Below, piece by piece: positions 28,550-37,890 of a DNA stretch of 64,000 nt. The notes under the pieces are model-generated. The model made no database searches. It was not told the origin of the DNA and saw nothing but the letters and a program-made list of their open reading frames with translations. The stretch's first letter is position 1, and each line of letters starts with the position of its first letter. The position numbers and the translations under genes were made by a program. This DNA comes from an uncultured Candidatus Saccharibacteria bacterium (GTDB lineage Bacteria; Patescibacteriota; WWE3; 2-01-FULL-39-13): NCBI GenBank assembly GCA_965230915.1, contig OZ246395.1, positions 76,019-140,018 of the forward strand, in the 5' to 3' direction.

Positions 28550-28891
28550 GGTTAGTTTTATTATAAAGTGTTTTAAAGTTCAAAGAAAATTTTTTAAAAT
28601 TTTGCGGGAATTATTCTGAAAATAAAGATACTAGATCTTACGACGTTGTTAATTGTACGCGACTGATTTTGGCTTTTTGTTACAACCTAAGTTTAATTGA
28701 GAAAAAAATCAAAAAAGTTAGGGGAGTCTGAAAAAAAATAAAAAGTAGGGGGTGTTTTTGAAAAAAAAGGTCCTCCCCCGATTTTGGCCCAAAAGCCACT
28801 CCCCCGGTTTTTGAAAATTCCCGAACTATGACAATGTAGGGCAGCTTGGGGAAGACCTGGGTCTTGGCCAAAGCCAAAACGTCGGTTATAG

Positions 28892-29320
28892 TTGTGGTAT
28901 ATGGTATCTCAGATCTCCACTTTATCGAAATTATCCCTATTTTTAGCTCTTTTAGGCGTGGGCATATCCGGATATCTGGCATATGCACGTATAACAGAAG
29001 CCGAAATTGTGTGTGGACTATCTACGTGCGGTATCGTAAATGGTAGTGAATATGCATATTTTTTAAATGTTCCGGTCAGTTTTTGGGGATTAGCCTTTTA
29101 TTTGACCTGTGCGGCTTTAATTTTATTTAAACAGCCTAAGGTGTTCTTAATTGTTACAACAATCGGCTTAATTTTTTCGGCCTACCTTACCTTTCTCGAA
29201 GCCTTTGTAATTCACGCTTGGTGCCAATGGTGTTTGTTATCTGCATGGATTTCTTTATCGCTTTTTATTATTGCGATAAAATCTAATAATCAAAATATTT
29301 CTGTCGAAACAAAAACATAA
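28892..29320 (+). CDS. vitamin K epoxide reductase (VKOR) family protein
   Basis: Four TM helices. Loop cysteines (VCGLSTCG) and a CQWC redox motif. Confidence 0.65.
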   Translation: MWYMVSQISTLSKLSLFLALLGVGISGYLAYARITEAEIVCGLSTCGIVNGSEYAYFLNVPVSFWGLAFYLTCAALILFKQPKVFLIVTTIGLIFSAYLTFLEAFVIHAWCQWCLLSAWISLSLFIIAIKSNNQNISVETKT

Positions 29321-29370
29321 GTAACAAATAAAGCGAATGATTACGTTCGCTAATTTGCCAAAGTAAAAAC

Positions 29371-30111
29371 ATGGATCAACTTTTACTAATCATAATTTTT
29401 TCTACATTTATTTTAAGTTTGATTACATTTGTTGCAGTAGTTTTACTTGCATTTAATAAAAAACTTTTAGACAACATAATTTTTTCACTTGTAGCAATTG
29501 CTGCGGGTTCAATGTTGGGAACCGCATTTTTGCATTTGTTGCCCGAAGCAATAGATTTTTTATCCGCTGAAATAGTGCTTAAAACCACACTTTTTTCGAT
29601 ATTAGCCTTTTATCTTTTAGAGAAAATTATGCATTGGCATCATCCACATAATGAACCTAGCCATGTGCATTCATTTGGATATTTAAATTTAATGGGAGAT
29701 TTGATTCACAATTTTATAGACGGATTAATTCTTGCTTCAACTTTTATTGTTGATATTAATTTGGGTTTTACAACTTTGTTTGTTTTGGCTTTGCATGAAA
29801 TTCCACAAGAACTTTCTGACTTTGGAGTTTTGTTATACGCAGGTTTTACAAAGAAGAAGGCATTGGTTTTAAATTTTTTTGTCGGAGTTTCGTCGGTGTT
29901 AGGTGGAATCCTCGGCTACTACCTTGCCTCTTCTGTTGAATCTTTTGTGCCGTATTTATTGCCGGTTGCCGCAGGAGGGTTCATATACATTGCGACGTCT
30001 GACTTAGTTCCATCTTTTAAAAAAGAGCGCCAATACAGGAAATCTATTAATGCAACTATTATGTTTATGCTAGGTATAGCGCTCCCACTCTTGATCAGTA
30101 CGATAGAATAA
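29371..30111 (+). CDS. ZIP family metal transporter
   Basis: LALHEIPQELSDFGVLL signature of ZupT/ZIP transporters. His-rich loop. Confidence 0.75.
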   Translation: MDQLLLIIIFSTFILSLITFVAVVLLAFNKKLLDNIIFSLVAIAAGSMLGTAFLHLLPEAIDFLSAEIVLKTTLFSILAFYLLEKIMHWHHPHNEPSHVHSFGYLNLMGDLIHNFIDGLILASTFIVDINLGFTTLFVLALHEIPQELSDFGVLLYAGFTKKKALVLNFFVGVSSVLGGILGYYLASSVESFVPYLLPVAAGGFIYIATSDLVPSFKKERQYRKSINATIMFMLGIALPLLISTIE

Positions 30112-30115
30112 TTGC

Positions 30116-30970
30116 GTGAACCGTCTATCAATACCCGATTACAACTTCCACCAAACTTTACTAGGAGGCCAGGCCTTTAACTGGGACCACTATATAGTAG
30201 AAGACAAACATGTTTTTTATGGAACCACTCAAGATCGGCTAATTAAATTAGTTGTTGAGAATGATGGTAGTGATGAAGTGTTGTGGCAGACTTTTCCAAA
30301 AAATGATGAGTACGATTTTTTAAAACAATATTTAAAATTAGATATCGATTATAAAAATATTTTAAAAAAAATAAATAAAGATGAGCATGTTAATTCAGCA
30401 ATAAATCATTACCCTAACCTGCGGCTTTTATCTCAAGATTTTGATCAGACCACTTTGTCATTCATTATATCGGCGTTTAATTCGATCAAGTCCATAAGAA
30501 CGCGAATCAACAAAATGAAGCGTGATTTAGGTGAAAAGCTGATCGTAGATGACCGTGAATTCCACCTTTTTCCAAAAACTGAGGTTATTGCTGATGCTCG
30601 TGTTGATTTGCTGACTTCGCATAGCCTTGGGTATCGAGCAAAGTACATAAAAGAGGCCGCGAATATCATTTTAAGAGAAAATTTAGGCAATAAGTTGGCT
30701 GGCCTAGACGAAGAAAGCGCTAGGGCTGAGCTGCTAAAACTGCCCGGTATAGGAGACAAAGTAGCCGATTGCATAATGGTTTTTTCGCTGGGGTTCGATA
30801 ACCTAACCCCTCTAGATATATGGGGAAAGCGTGTTTTTACTGATTTGTATGGCCTGGACTCAAAAATGAAATATTCAGATATGCGCAAGTGGCTAGGCGA
30901 ATATTTTAATGGATACGCAGCCTGGGCTGGGCAGTTTTTATTTGAGTGGTATAGAACTAAGGGCAAATAA
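30116..30970 (+). CDS. ogg: 8-oxoguanine DNA glycosylase (OGG family, HhH-GPD)
   Basis: LPGIGDKVADCIMVFSLG helix-hairpin-helix/GPD motif typical of Ogg. Confidence 0.7.
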   Translation: MNRLSIPDYNFHQTLLGGQAFNWDHYIVEDKHVFYGTTQDRLIKLVVENDGSDEVLWQTFPKNDEYDFLKQYLKLDIDYKNILKKINKDEHVNSAINHYPNLRLLSQDFDQTTLSFIISAFNSIKSIRTRINKMKRDLGEKLIVDDREFHLFPKTEVIADARVDLLTSHSLGYRAKYIKEAANIILRENLGNKLAGLDEESARAELLKLPGIGDKVADCIMVFSLGFDNLTPLDIWGKRVFTDLYGLDSKMKYSDMRKWLGEYFNGYAAWAGQFLFEWYRTKGK

Positions 30971-30983
30971 ACCCGCGCTACCA

Positions 30984-31012
30984 TTGACATTCTTCCGCTC
31001 AGCAGATATACT
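30984..31012 (+). promoter_or_regulatory. near-consensus sigma70-type promoter (TTGACA-17-TATACT) plus downstream operator-like palindromes
   Basis: TTGACA at 30984-30989, a 17-nt spacer, TATACT at 31007-31012. Followed by GAATGC/GCATTC (31022-31040) and GATCAC/GTGATC (31051-31069) inverted repeats, then an AAAGGGA RBS. Confidence 0.45.
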
Positions 31013-31095
31013 ATAGGCCTTGAATGCTGTTGCGGCATTCGATTAACTTTGATCACTGTGGTGGTGATCACTATAACATCCAGAAAGGGATTGTT

Positions 31096-31677
31096 ATGAA
31101 GCACATTAATCTTGAGTCTATCGATCAGTATGAACTCGTCGGCTTCCGCACACATTATGGCTTTTGCTATCTGGCATTTGCCAAAATGGGGTGGATGGCG
31201 CGGGTGGGCCATTTGGCTTTGACCAGCAATGGTTTTTCGAGCATCTTCGATGGCGGCTACGGCTCTATCGACTCTGACTGGGAGATTGTGCATTTCGTCG
31301 GAAAGCAACACGTGGACGAGACCATTGGATGGTCCGTCTACTGCAATGGCGAGGCAAACCGCTTCGATATGGAAATGCCTACGGCAGACGCTTCGGATTA
31401 TGCTGAACTTTCTCTGGCAGATTTGAAACTGTCGCTTTTCTATCGTCTTGCTGCGATTTCGTATGTCGAAAGCCCACAGGGGATCTTTAAGCCCAAGCAA
31501 ATCGCTTGGTTTAAAGAATTTGAGCGTCGGTTCCGCAGTATGTGGGGCCAAGGCGCAGACACAAATCTGTGGCCTGGCAGTATCGGCGATCGTGGGCCAA
31601 CTTCACGCACAATGGACATTCTGTCCGACGCGTCGCGTGGTCTCGACTACAGCATGGGTGACTTTCGAGAAGAGTAA
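31096..31677 (+). CDS. hypothetical protein encoded in a segment that looks GC-rich (candidate horizontally acquired gene)
   Basis: 193-aa ORF from ATG 31096 with an upstream RBS. By eye ~50% GC against ~35-40% flanks. No recognisable motif. A long antisense ORF here is a GC artefact. Confidence 0.5.
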   Translation: MKHINLESIDQYELVGFRTHYGFCYLAFAKMGWMARVGHLALTSNGFSSIFDGGYGSIDSDWEIVHFVGKQHVDETIGWSVYCNGEANRFDMEMPTADASDYAELSLADLKLSLFYRLAAISYVESPQGIFKPKQIAWFKEFERRFRSMWGQGADTNLWPGSIGDRGPTSRTMDILSDASRGLDYSMGDFREE

Positions 31678-31805
31678 CTAGCTTCTCGGTTTTCGGGGGT
31701 ACATGGTGCTACAGCACTTTAGCCATATGGCCTTGTACCTCCGAAGTTTTTTTAAGTTTCTAAATATTTAGGGGTTTAAAAAAGCTTATAATTAAAGCAA
31801 CAAAT

Positions 31806-32594
31806 ATGGCATTTTCTAGAAATAGCAAACATACTCGCCGAACTCCACATGAAGGAGGATACAAAGGTAAAAACGCATGGAATTCGCACGCAAACTGGTA
31901 CGCCGGAATGGTAGGCAGTGAAGGCAGTATGTATCACCAAAAATTGGCTTTTCCACATACTTTAAAACTTTTGAGTATAAAAGAAGATGACAAAATATTA
32001 GATATTGGCTGTGGCACAGGTGTTTTTTCTCAATACGTCAAAGAAAAAGGTGGAAAATACTTTGGGCTCGATATAAGTAAGAGAATGATTGCCCAAGCTA
32101 AAAAAGATTTTTCACAACAAGGAAAATTTTTCGAATTTGACATACTTAAATTACAGCCTAGAGGTGAGTTTGCCCCTGGCTCTTTTGACGCTGTCACATT
32201 TATTTTGAGTATTCAGGATATGTCTGATCTCGAATCGGTAATAAAAAACGCATCAAAGCTATTAAAAAAAGGTGGAAAGCTAGCGATGTTCATAAAACAT
32301 CCCGCATTTAATATTCCTCGTCAGAGTGGATGGATAGAAGATAAAGAGCGTAGTCTAACATCAAGAAGAGTAGATCGCTATTTAACTCCACTTGATATGC
32401 CGCTTGTTAAGAAGCTAAAAAATCAAACAATCACAACTTTTCATTATCATCGTGCACTGCAAGATTATATGAATGCTTTAATAAAAAGTGATCTAGAAAT
32501 TTTTGCTTTTGAAGAGGTACAAGACACTATTTTAAAAGATAAAAAGACTTCAGAATTTCCACTTTTCTTGGCTATCGGAGCTAAGAAGAAATAA
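31806..32594 (+). CDS. class I SAM-dependent methyltransferase
   Basis: Motif I ILDIGCGTGVF and downstream acidic motifs. Confidence 0.6.
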   Translation: MAFSRNSKHTRRTPHEGGYKGKNAWNSHANWYAGMVGSEGSMYHQKLAFPHTLKLLSIKEDDKILDIGCGTGVFSQYVKEKGGKYFGLDISKRMIAQAKKDFSQQGKFFEFDILKLQPRGEFAPGSFDAVTFILSIQDMSDLESVIKNASKLLKKGGKLAMFIKHPAFNIPRQSGWIEDKERSLTSRRVDRYLTPLDMPLVKKLKNQTITTFHYHRALQDYMNALIKSDLEIFAFEEVQDTILKDKKTSEFPLFLAIGAKKK

Positions 32595-32670
32595 TGGTCG
32601 GGAAGATTGGACTTGAACCAACAACCTCGCGAACCCGAATCGCGCGCGCTACCAATTGCGCTACTTCCCG
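32595..32670 (-). tRNA. tRNA-Pro (anticodon CGG)
   Basis: The reverse complement CGGGAAGTAGCGCAATTGGTAGCGCGCGCGATTCGGGTTCGCGAGGTTGTTGGTTCAAGTCCAATCTTCCCGACCA folds as a cloverleaf. Anticodon loop UUCGGGU. CCA is encoded. Confidence 0.8.
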
Positions 32671-32807
32671 TTGTAGAATTTGAATTTATTCATCGAAATT
32701 TCGCAGCCTGGCGAATTTCTCATAATAAATTCAAATTCCAGACATGCACTCACAAGTTTAGATTATAAAACTTTACGCAAAAATATCCTATGCTATACTG
32801 CAGAAAT

Positions 32808-33797
32808 ATGGACACGGACAAACTAGTATTCGGAATAATCGGTGGAATCACGCTATTAATCACCGCAATTATAATAATTACTTCTTTCTCAACTACATCA
32901 TCAGCAGAATTAAAGGCACAGGAAATAATCGGAAATAACGCACACAGAAAAGGTCCAGAAAGCGCAAAATTAACAATTGTTGAATTCAGCGACTTTGAAT
33001 GTCCATACTGTGCACAATACAGCCCAATTTTATCTTCTTTACAGGCACAATATCCAAATGATTTAGCAATTGTTTATCGAAACTTCCCATTACCAATGCA
33101 CGCTGGTGCAGTACCTGCAGCAAGAGCAGCAGAAGCCGCAAATAATCAAGGTAAATTCTGGGAATATCATGATGAACTTTTCGCAAACCAGCCGAACTTT
33201 ACGCAATCAGACCTTGAGAGCTATGCACAAACTTTAGGCTTGAATATCGATCAGTTTAAAGCTGATTTTAATAGCTCAGATGTTATAAACAAAGTTCAAG
33301 AAGATGCAGATTATGCTAGAAAACTGGGAATTTCTGGTACGCCAACTTTTTATGCCGTTTATGATGGAAAAGTTGAAAAAATCAGCTTGCAGCAATACTC
33401 TGATTTAGAATCAAAAGTTAAATCAGTCCTCGGAGATCCGGCACAGGCAGCCGAAGTTCAACCAGGTGATTCTACAGCTGATTCAAATTCAACTGGTGGA
33501 CCAACGGTTGGGGCACAGGTTCCTGCAGATATGCCACAGAACATTCCGATGAATGTGACTTTAGATATAGTTAATGTTCAAAGAGATAATGTTGCTCCAA
33601 GTCAGGTTAATATTACTTCTGTAACAAAAGAGACATGGCCAAGTGCAGATTTAGGATGTCCAAAAGAAGGCATGACTTATGCGCAAGTAGAAACCCCGGG
33701 ATATAAAGTGTTAGCCGAAGCAAATGGCGAGATTTTCGAATATCATACAGATGAAGCAGCTTTGGCTGTTAACTTTTGCAGTGTGCAAGCTAAATAG
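32808..33797 (+). CDS. DsbA-like thioredoxin-fold protein with C-terminal extension
   Basis: N-terminal TM helix. CPYC active site (FECPYCAQY). Start moved to the ATG at 32808, since the ORF-track start overlaps the -10 box. A TTTACG-17-TATACT promoter lies upstream. Confidence 0.6.
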   Translation: MDTDKLVFGIIGGITLLITAIIIITSFSTTSSAELKAQEIIGNNAHRKGPESAKLTIVEFSDFECPYCAQYSPILSSLQAQYPNDLAIVYRNFPLPMHAGAVPAARAAEAANNQGKFWEYHDELFANQPNFTQSDLESYAQTLGLNIDQFKADFNSSDVINKVQEDADYARKLGISGTPTFYAVYDGKVEKISLQQYSDLESKVKSVLGDPAQAAEVQPGDSTADSNSTGGPTVGAQVPADMPQNIPMNVTLDIVNVQRDNVAPSQVNITSVTKETWPSADLGCPKEGMTYAQVETPGYKVLAEANGEIFEYHTDEAALAVNFCSVQAK

Positions 33798-33899
33798 GCC
33801 TAATCTTATATACAACACAAATCCAAATACATACTTAAAGCTGAGTAATTCAAACTTACTCTTTGTATAGAATCGTAGTTATTATATCCGAAGTTTGAA

Positions 33900-34451
33900 T
33901 TATGAAGGTTTAATGTATGATTTATATTTCGTATCTTTCTTCATAGCAAGATCGATTAATCCTCTAATATAGTCCGATTTTGTAATCTTTTTATTTTCCG
34001 AAACCCATTTTAAATAATCTGAAGTTTGCTTATTAAAACTTAGTCTGAATTGGTTATTATTATAATTTTCTACCTCATTTACTGTGTCTTCGAGTTGTGT
34101 TTCGAGCTCGGCCACTTTGTAGCCACGAATTATTAGTTTGCTTTTAGGATTTAGCGCCATAAGTGGGAATAAATCGCGATTTCCGGTTTCGTCATGGTAT
34201 AAAACCACAACAGGAACTCCTTTTTCTAATGCAAAAGCCGATTCATAGCCAAGTTGCGCATTCGTATTTGAACCTTCGACCAAAACAAGATCATATTTTA
34301 ATATGTGGTTTACCTCGTCTGAAGAATAGTCGTCTTTGTTTTTTACATCTATTATGTTTACATCAACTTTATGGTTAGAGTTTTTTAATGTGGATTTGAT
34401 TCGCTCTATTATAGAAGAGTCTTTGTTTGCAGAGAGCAAATAAATTTTCAT
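33900..34451 (-). CDS. nucleoside 2-deoxyribosyltransferase-like (Rossmann-like) protein
   Basis: DLVLVEGSNTNAQLGYESAFALEKGVPVVVLY matches the NDT-like D..G…E.GyA.A.gKPV pattern. C-terminal helical extension. Confidence 0.35.
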   Translation of the reverse strand: MKIYLLSANKDSSIIERIKSTLKNSNHKVDVNIIDVKNKDDYSSDEVNHILKYDLVLVEGSNTNAQLGYESAFALEKGVPVVVLYHDETGNRDLFPLMALNPKSKLIIRGYKVAELETQLEDTVNEVENYNNNQFRLSFNKQTSDYLKWVSENKKITKSDYIRGLIDLAMKKDTKYKSYIKPS

Positions 34452-34538
34452 AATTGCAGTTTATCGTTTATAAGTTGAAAAACAAGCGGAAGCCCTCTAT
34501 ATAATACCTTTCAGGTATAAGGGCTTCCGCACACACGA

Positions 34539-35003
34539 CTATGGATCGATCTCGGACATCAGTTTTTTCAATGACTCAGATTTGGCCGAGGTGAACCGAA
34601 TAACTTCTCCGTGATCGAAGACAAAATTATAAAAAATTTCTTTGTCTTCTAAAGACGTTCGGTGCAGGATTACCTTTACGAGCGATCTAGAGACAAACCT
34701 AATAACTGAGTCAATGATCAAGTCGGAGTATTTGTGTGTCAATAAAGCATCTGCTAAGTCATGCTCCTCGAGAATCAGCCGGATTCTTTCATTTGCCCAG
34801 GCGAAACTAATTGGGCCTATGACCTCTGAAAGACCCGCCGTATGAAACACGCCGATATAAACCTGTTCCAAGTCAGAGTTGGCTACCTCATGGATCGTCA
34901 GAAAGAACAGATTTGGCCTTTCGGCGTAATAAGGGTGTAAGCCCTCTGAAATCTTGTTTATGACCAAGAAATTGGTCATTCGTTCAAGTCGTTGGCGTGC
35001 CAT
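34539..35003 (-). CDS. hypothetical protein
   Basis: 154-aa ORF co-oriented with the NDT-like gene. No motif. GC looks slightly elevated. Confidence 0.4.
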   Translation of the reverse strand: MARQRLERMTNFLVINKISEGLHPYYAERPNLFFLTIHEVANSDLEQVYIGVFHTAGLSEVIGPISFAWANERIRLILEEHDLADALLTHKYSDLIIDSVIRFVSRSLVKVILHRTSLEDKEIFYNFVFDHGEVIRFTSAKSESLKKLMSEIDP

Positions 35004-35087
35004 ACCAATCCTCCCGTTTTATGAAATGTTCGTAATGCCAAAATCGTGTTGGTCGTAATTATAGACTATTTCGTGTAATATCCAATC

Positions 35088-35762
35088 ATGGTAGAAATAG
35101 ATACCTCAGGTAAGAAAGTTAAAGAAATCGTCTCACAGCTACATAAAGTTTACGAAGAGCCAAAAACAGAGCTTGATAATTGGGAAAATCCGATTCAGTT
35201 TATGGCTTCTGTAATATTAAGTGCTCAAGCTACAGATAAGGGGGTCAATAAAGCGACTCCAGCGCTTTTTGCAAAATATAAAACTGCCACTGATTTTGCC
35301 AACGCCGATATAGATGAGCTAATGAAGTTAGTTTCATCTATAAACTTTTATAGAGTAAAGGCTCAAAGAATAATCGATGCCAACAAATTTGTAATTGAAA
35401 ATTTTGGCGGAGAATTACCCGCAGACATAAATAAACTTGTCTTGATTCCAGGCATCGGCCGTAAAAGCGCAAATGTAATTATGCAAGAAGCCTTAGGTGT
35501 TGAAGCCGTCGGTATGGTTGTTGATACGCACATAACACGCTTATCTAATAGATTGGGTCTACAGCCTTACGATAATCAAAAAGATGCAGTCAAAATTGAA
35601 CAAAAATTAATGGAAACATTTCCACAAGAGGAATGGAGATTTTTATCTCAGGCTATGGTTTTGCATGGGCGATATGTTTGTACAGCCAAAAAACCGAAAT
35701 GTAGCGAATGCGTGCTAAATAAGCTTTGTCCTAGCGCTTTTAAAATCCCTGGGGCGCAATAA
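35088..35762 (+). CDS. nth: endonuclease III
   Basis: HhH motif LIPGIGRKSANVIM and a C-terminal 4Fe-4S cysteine cluster (C…CxxxxxxCxxC: CTAKKPKCSECVLNKLC). Confidence 0.85.
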   Translation: MVEIDTSGKKVKEIVSQLHKVYEEPKTELDNWENPIQFMASVILSAQATDKGVNKATPALFAKYKTATDFANADIDELMKLVSSINFYRVKAQRIIDANKFVIENFGGELPADINKLVLIPGIGRKSANVIMQEALGVEAVGMVVDTHITRLSNRLGLQPYDNQKDAVKIEQKLMETFPQEEWRFLSQAMVLHGRYVCTAKKPKCSECVLNKLCPSAFKIPGAQ

Positions 35763-35805
35763 ATTTCAATTATTTTAGGTTTACACTTAAAGTGCTATTC
35801 TTCTA

Positions 35806-36873
35806 GTGATGACATCTGCCCAATCTATAGTTTCTTCACCTACTAACGCTGCAATAGCTCCCAAAAGCTTTAAAAAAGTTGTTTTTTTTGACCTTAAAGA
35901 TTGGGAAAAAGACGAAATAAATAAAATAATGCCGCAATTCGAAATTAAACTGTGCGAAGACCCTCTAAACATCGAAAACGCTTCACAGTTTTCTGACGCC
36001 GAAGCTATATCCACATTTATAAATTCTGATTGTAGTGCAAAAGTTTTAGAGACGTTTCCAAACCTGCAACTTATTACGACGCGCTCGACTGGTTACGATC
36101 ATATAGATATGGAATATTGCAAAGCCCACGGAATAAATGTTGCGAATGTTCCATCATACGGATCAAACACTGTAGCAGAACACGCAATGGCTTTAGTTTT
36201 AAGCCTTACCCGTCGCGTTGTCGAATCCGTAGACCGAGTACGCCGAAATGACTTTACTCCTGATGGCCTTACAGGTATTGATTTAATGGGTAAAGTAATG
36301 GGGGTTATTGGTACAGGTAAAATTGGTCAGAATGTTGCTAAGTACGCATCTGCTTTTGGCATGAAAGTCTTGGCTTTTGATCTAAAGCCCAACCCAGAAC
36401 TGGCCGATAAATTTGGCTTCACCTATGTTGATATGGATTTACTTTTAGCAAAAAGCGACGTTGTATCTTTACACGTTCCATATTTACCAACGACGCATCA
36501 CATTATTAATAAATCAAACATACTTAAAATGAAAAAAGGCGCATACCTAATTAATACAGCCCGCGGAGGACTAATCGAAACCGACGCATTGTTTGATGCC
36601 CTTAGAACTGGTCATTTAGCTGGAGCTGGCCTAGACGTTTTAGAAGAAGAAAAATTCCTAACAGAAGAGGCTGAGCTTTTACACAAAGACTCGCATGGAA
36701 ATGTCGACTTTAAAATTGCGCTCGAAAATCACATGCTCGCATATTTGCCAAACGTCGTTATGACTCCACATAATGCATTTAATTCTAAAGAAGCCTTGCA
36801 AAGAATTATAGTAACAACCGTTGATAATATTGTTTGCTTTGCAAAGGGCAAGTGTGAGAATATACTAAAATAA
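35806..36873 (+). CDS. D-isomer-specific 2-hydroxyacid dehydrogenase family protein
   Basis: NAD-binding GVIGTGKIGQNVA. Catalytic R/E/H region (MTPHNAF). Confidence 0.75.
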   Translation: MMTSAQSIVSSPTNAAIAPKSFKKVVFFDLKDWEKDEINKIMPQFEIKLCEDPLNIENASQFSDAEAISTFINSDCSAKVLETFPNLQLITTRSTGYDHIDMEYCKAHGINVANVPSYGSNTVAEHAMALVLSLTRRVVESVDRVRRNDFTPDGLTGIDLMGKVMGVIGTGKIGQNVAKYASAFGMKVLAFDLKPNPELADKFGFTYVDMDLLLAKSDVVSLHVPYLPTTHHIINKSNILKMKKGAYLINTARGGLIETDALFDALRTGHLAGAGLDVLEEEKFLTEEAELLHKDSHGNVDFKIALENHMLAYLPNVVMTPHNAFNSKEALQRIIVTTVDNIVCFAKGKCENILK

Positions 36874-36918
36874 ATCCACTTGGATTTTTGTTTTTGCTCT
36901 GCCCTACTTAAATAAATC

Positions 36919-37851
36919 ATGATATACGACACAATAATAATTGGAGCTGGAGCTGCTGGATGTTCAGCCGCTGTTTACGCTACAAGGTATAACTTAAAAA
37001 CTTTAATGCTTGGAGGTCCGATGCCAGGTGGTTTAATAACCGAAGCATTAGATGTAGAAAATTACCCTGGCTATATTTCTATTCCTGGTTTAGAGCTCGG
37101 CAATAAATTTATAGAACATGCAACCAAGCTCGGGGCTGAATATAAAATAGAGATCGTAGAGTCTATTATAAAGAATGGCAGCGATTTCATAGTGAAAACT
37201 AATGCCGAAGGGTACCAAACTAGGTCAGTAATTTTGGCTACTGGTACACACCATAGAAAATTAAACATACCAGGTGAATATGAATTGTCTGGTAGAGGTG
37301 TAAGTTATTGTGCAACTTGCGACGCGCCATTTTTCAGAGGAAAAACTGTAGCAGTAATAGGTGGTGGCAATAGTGCCGTAGAAGGTGCTCAAGACATAGC
37401 AGTTCATGCCAAACATGTCTATTTGATCTCTAGAAGTTCACTGAAAGCTGCGCCATTTTATGTCACTCAACTTAGAACTAAAAGTAACATAACTGAGATT
37501 CCTGATACAAATTTAAAGGAAATAAAAGGCACTAATATAGTAGAAAGTGTACTCTTGGACAAACCCTACAATAATAGCGATAGCTTAAAAGTTGACGGTG
37601 TATTTGTTCAAATCGGTTATATCCCTAAGAATGAATTGGCTATATCAGCTGGAGTAGAAGTCACAGAATATGGCTACGTAAAGGTAGACCAAGGAATGGG
37701 TACCAATATAAAGGGTATATTTTGTGCAGGAGATTTAAATAATGGTTCAAATCAGTTGCATCAGCAAGTTACATCCGCTGCTGAAGGTGCAATAGCTGCT
37801 CAAAGTGCATACCGTTTTTTGCAGGGTATGGACTACATCGTAAACGCTTAA
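36919..37851 (+). CDS. trxB: thioredoxin-disulfide reductase
   Basis: FAD GxGxxG (IIGAGAAG). Redox-active CATCD. NADPH GGGNSA motif. Confidence 0.85.
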   Translation: MIYDTIIIGAGAAGCSAAVYATRYNLKTLMLGGPMPGGLITEALDVENYPGYISIPGLELGNKFIEHATKLGAEYKIEIVESIIKNGSDFIVKTNAEGYQTRSVILATGTHHRKLNIPGEYELSGRGVSYCATCDAPFFRGKTVAVIGGGNSAVEGAQDIAVHAKHVYLISRSSLKAAPFYVTQLRTKSNITEIPDTNLKEIKGTNIVESVLLDKPYNNSDSLKVDGVFVQIGYIPKNELAISAGVEVTEYGYVKVDQGMGTNIKGIFCAGDLNNGSNQLHQQVTSAAEGAIAAQSAYRFLQGMDYIVNA

Positions 37852-37890
37852 TCCTCTTTAAATAAGCTTTTCTAGTATAATTTACGCATT

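Noticed and set aside
28690-28840. CRISPR-like or tandem repeat array in the A/G-run region
   Set aside because: No regular repeat-spacer periodicity. The units are irregular homopolymer runs.
30445-31551. 368-aa minus-strand ORF spanning the ogg 3' half and the GC-rich island
   Set aside because: It overlaps the well-supported ogg gene (HhH-GPD motif on the + strand) almost entirely. The long open frame is the expected by-product of locally elevated GC. No motif.
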